The notes beneath the pieces are model-generated. The model made no database searches. It was not told the DNA's origin and saw only the letters and a program-made list of their open reading frames with translations. 64,000 nucleotides of DNA, taken from Eledone cirrhosa. Lineage: Eukaryota. The stretch is from positions 23,388-87,387 of the forward strand of contig CAXHJY010001289.1 of the NCBI GenBank assembly GCA_964016885.1. The letters run 5' to 3'. This document shows positions 63,521-64,000 of the stretch, piece by piece; position 1 is the stretch's first letter; the number at the start of each line of letters is the position of its first letter. The translations under genes were made by a program, and so were the position numbers.

Positions 63521-64000
63521 GTAGATAAATCTACCAAGAGTTTACGGTAGTGTCCAATCCGTATGAAGAACTCAATGTAATCCGGATATCATGGAAAGAA
63601 GAGATGCAATGAAAAATCACTTTCGGTGAAAGATAAACGGAAAACAGAGTCAAGATAAAATATTAAAAAAAATAATGAATAAAACAATGAAACAGTTCTT
63701 TATATTAAACAAAAAAAGTTCATTATTTAACGATCGTTTCTAGGATATATATGTGTTAGAATTGGCATGCATATTCAACAGATCTATGTATAAAATTATA
63801 CAAAATTATACAAACTATCAAAATTAAATATACATACCAAACACATATATATGCCGTCTTCAGAAATAATTATTTCTGAAGACGGCATATATATGTGTTT
63901 GGTATGTATATTTAATTTTGATAGTTTGTATAATTTTGTACATAGATCTGTTGAATATGCATGCCAATTCTAACACATATATATCCTAGAAACGATCGTT
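63521..64000 (-). mobile_element. Diverged copy of the 57741-58090 pLTR with palindromic inversion; long-helix-II hammerheads at 63719-63870 (-) and 63870-64000 (+)
   Basis: Palindrome centre aaataa|ttattt at 63869/63870; same core motifs. Confidence 0.85.

Overview
AT-rich eukaryotic intergenic/intronic DNA made almost entirely of microsatellites and retroelements. The repeat style is reminiscent of an octopus/cephalopod genome (inference). I recognise no host gene, and the many YI/CV-rich ORFs are translated (TA)n/(TG)n repeats. (1) 8.0-26.0 kb is a head-to-tail array of four Tx1/L1-clade LINEs sitting in (ATCT)n: two near-identical intact copies (gag-knuckle ORF1 plus APE-RT-zinc finger ORF2), one 5'-truncated copy and one frameshifted copy. 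(2) There are at least four Penelope-like elements (RT plus C-terminal GIY-YIG, probably Hydra clade) with inverted pseudo-LTRs inserted in (TA)n. (3) Reading by eye gives about 20 full, degenerate or half type-I hammerhead ribozyme motifs from roughly ten sequence families. These include hammerheads with a ~70-116 nt helix II, and two related non-coding 428/467-nt terminally redundant units that look like retrozyme (circular-RNA-derived) insertions. Old CR1, RTE, Tx1 and SINE relics fill the rest. All structures were folded manually, not computed.
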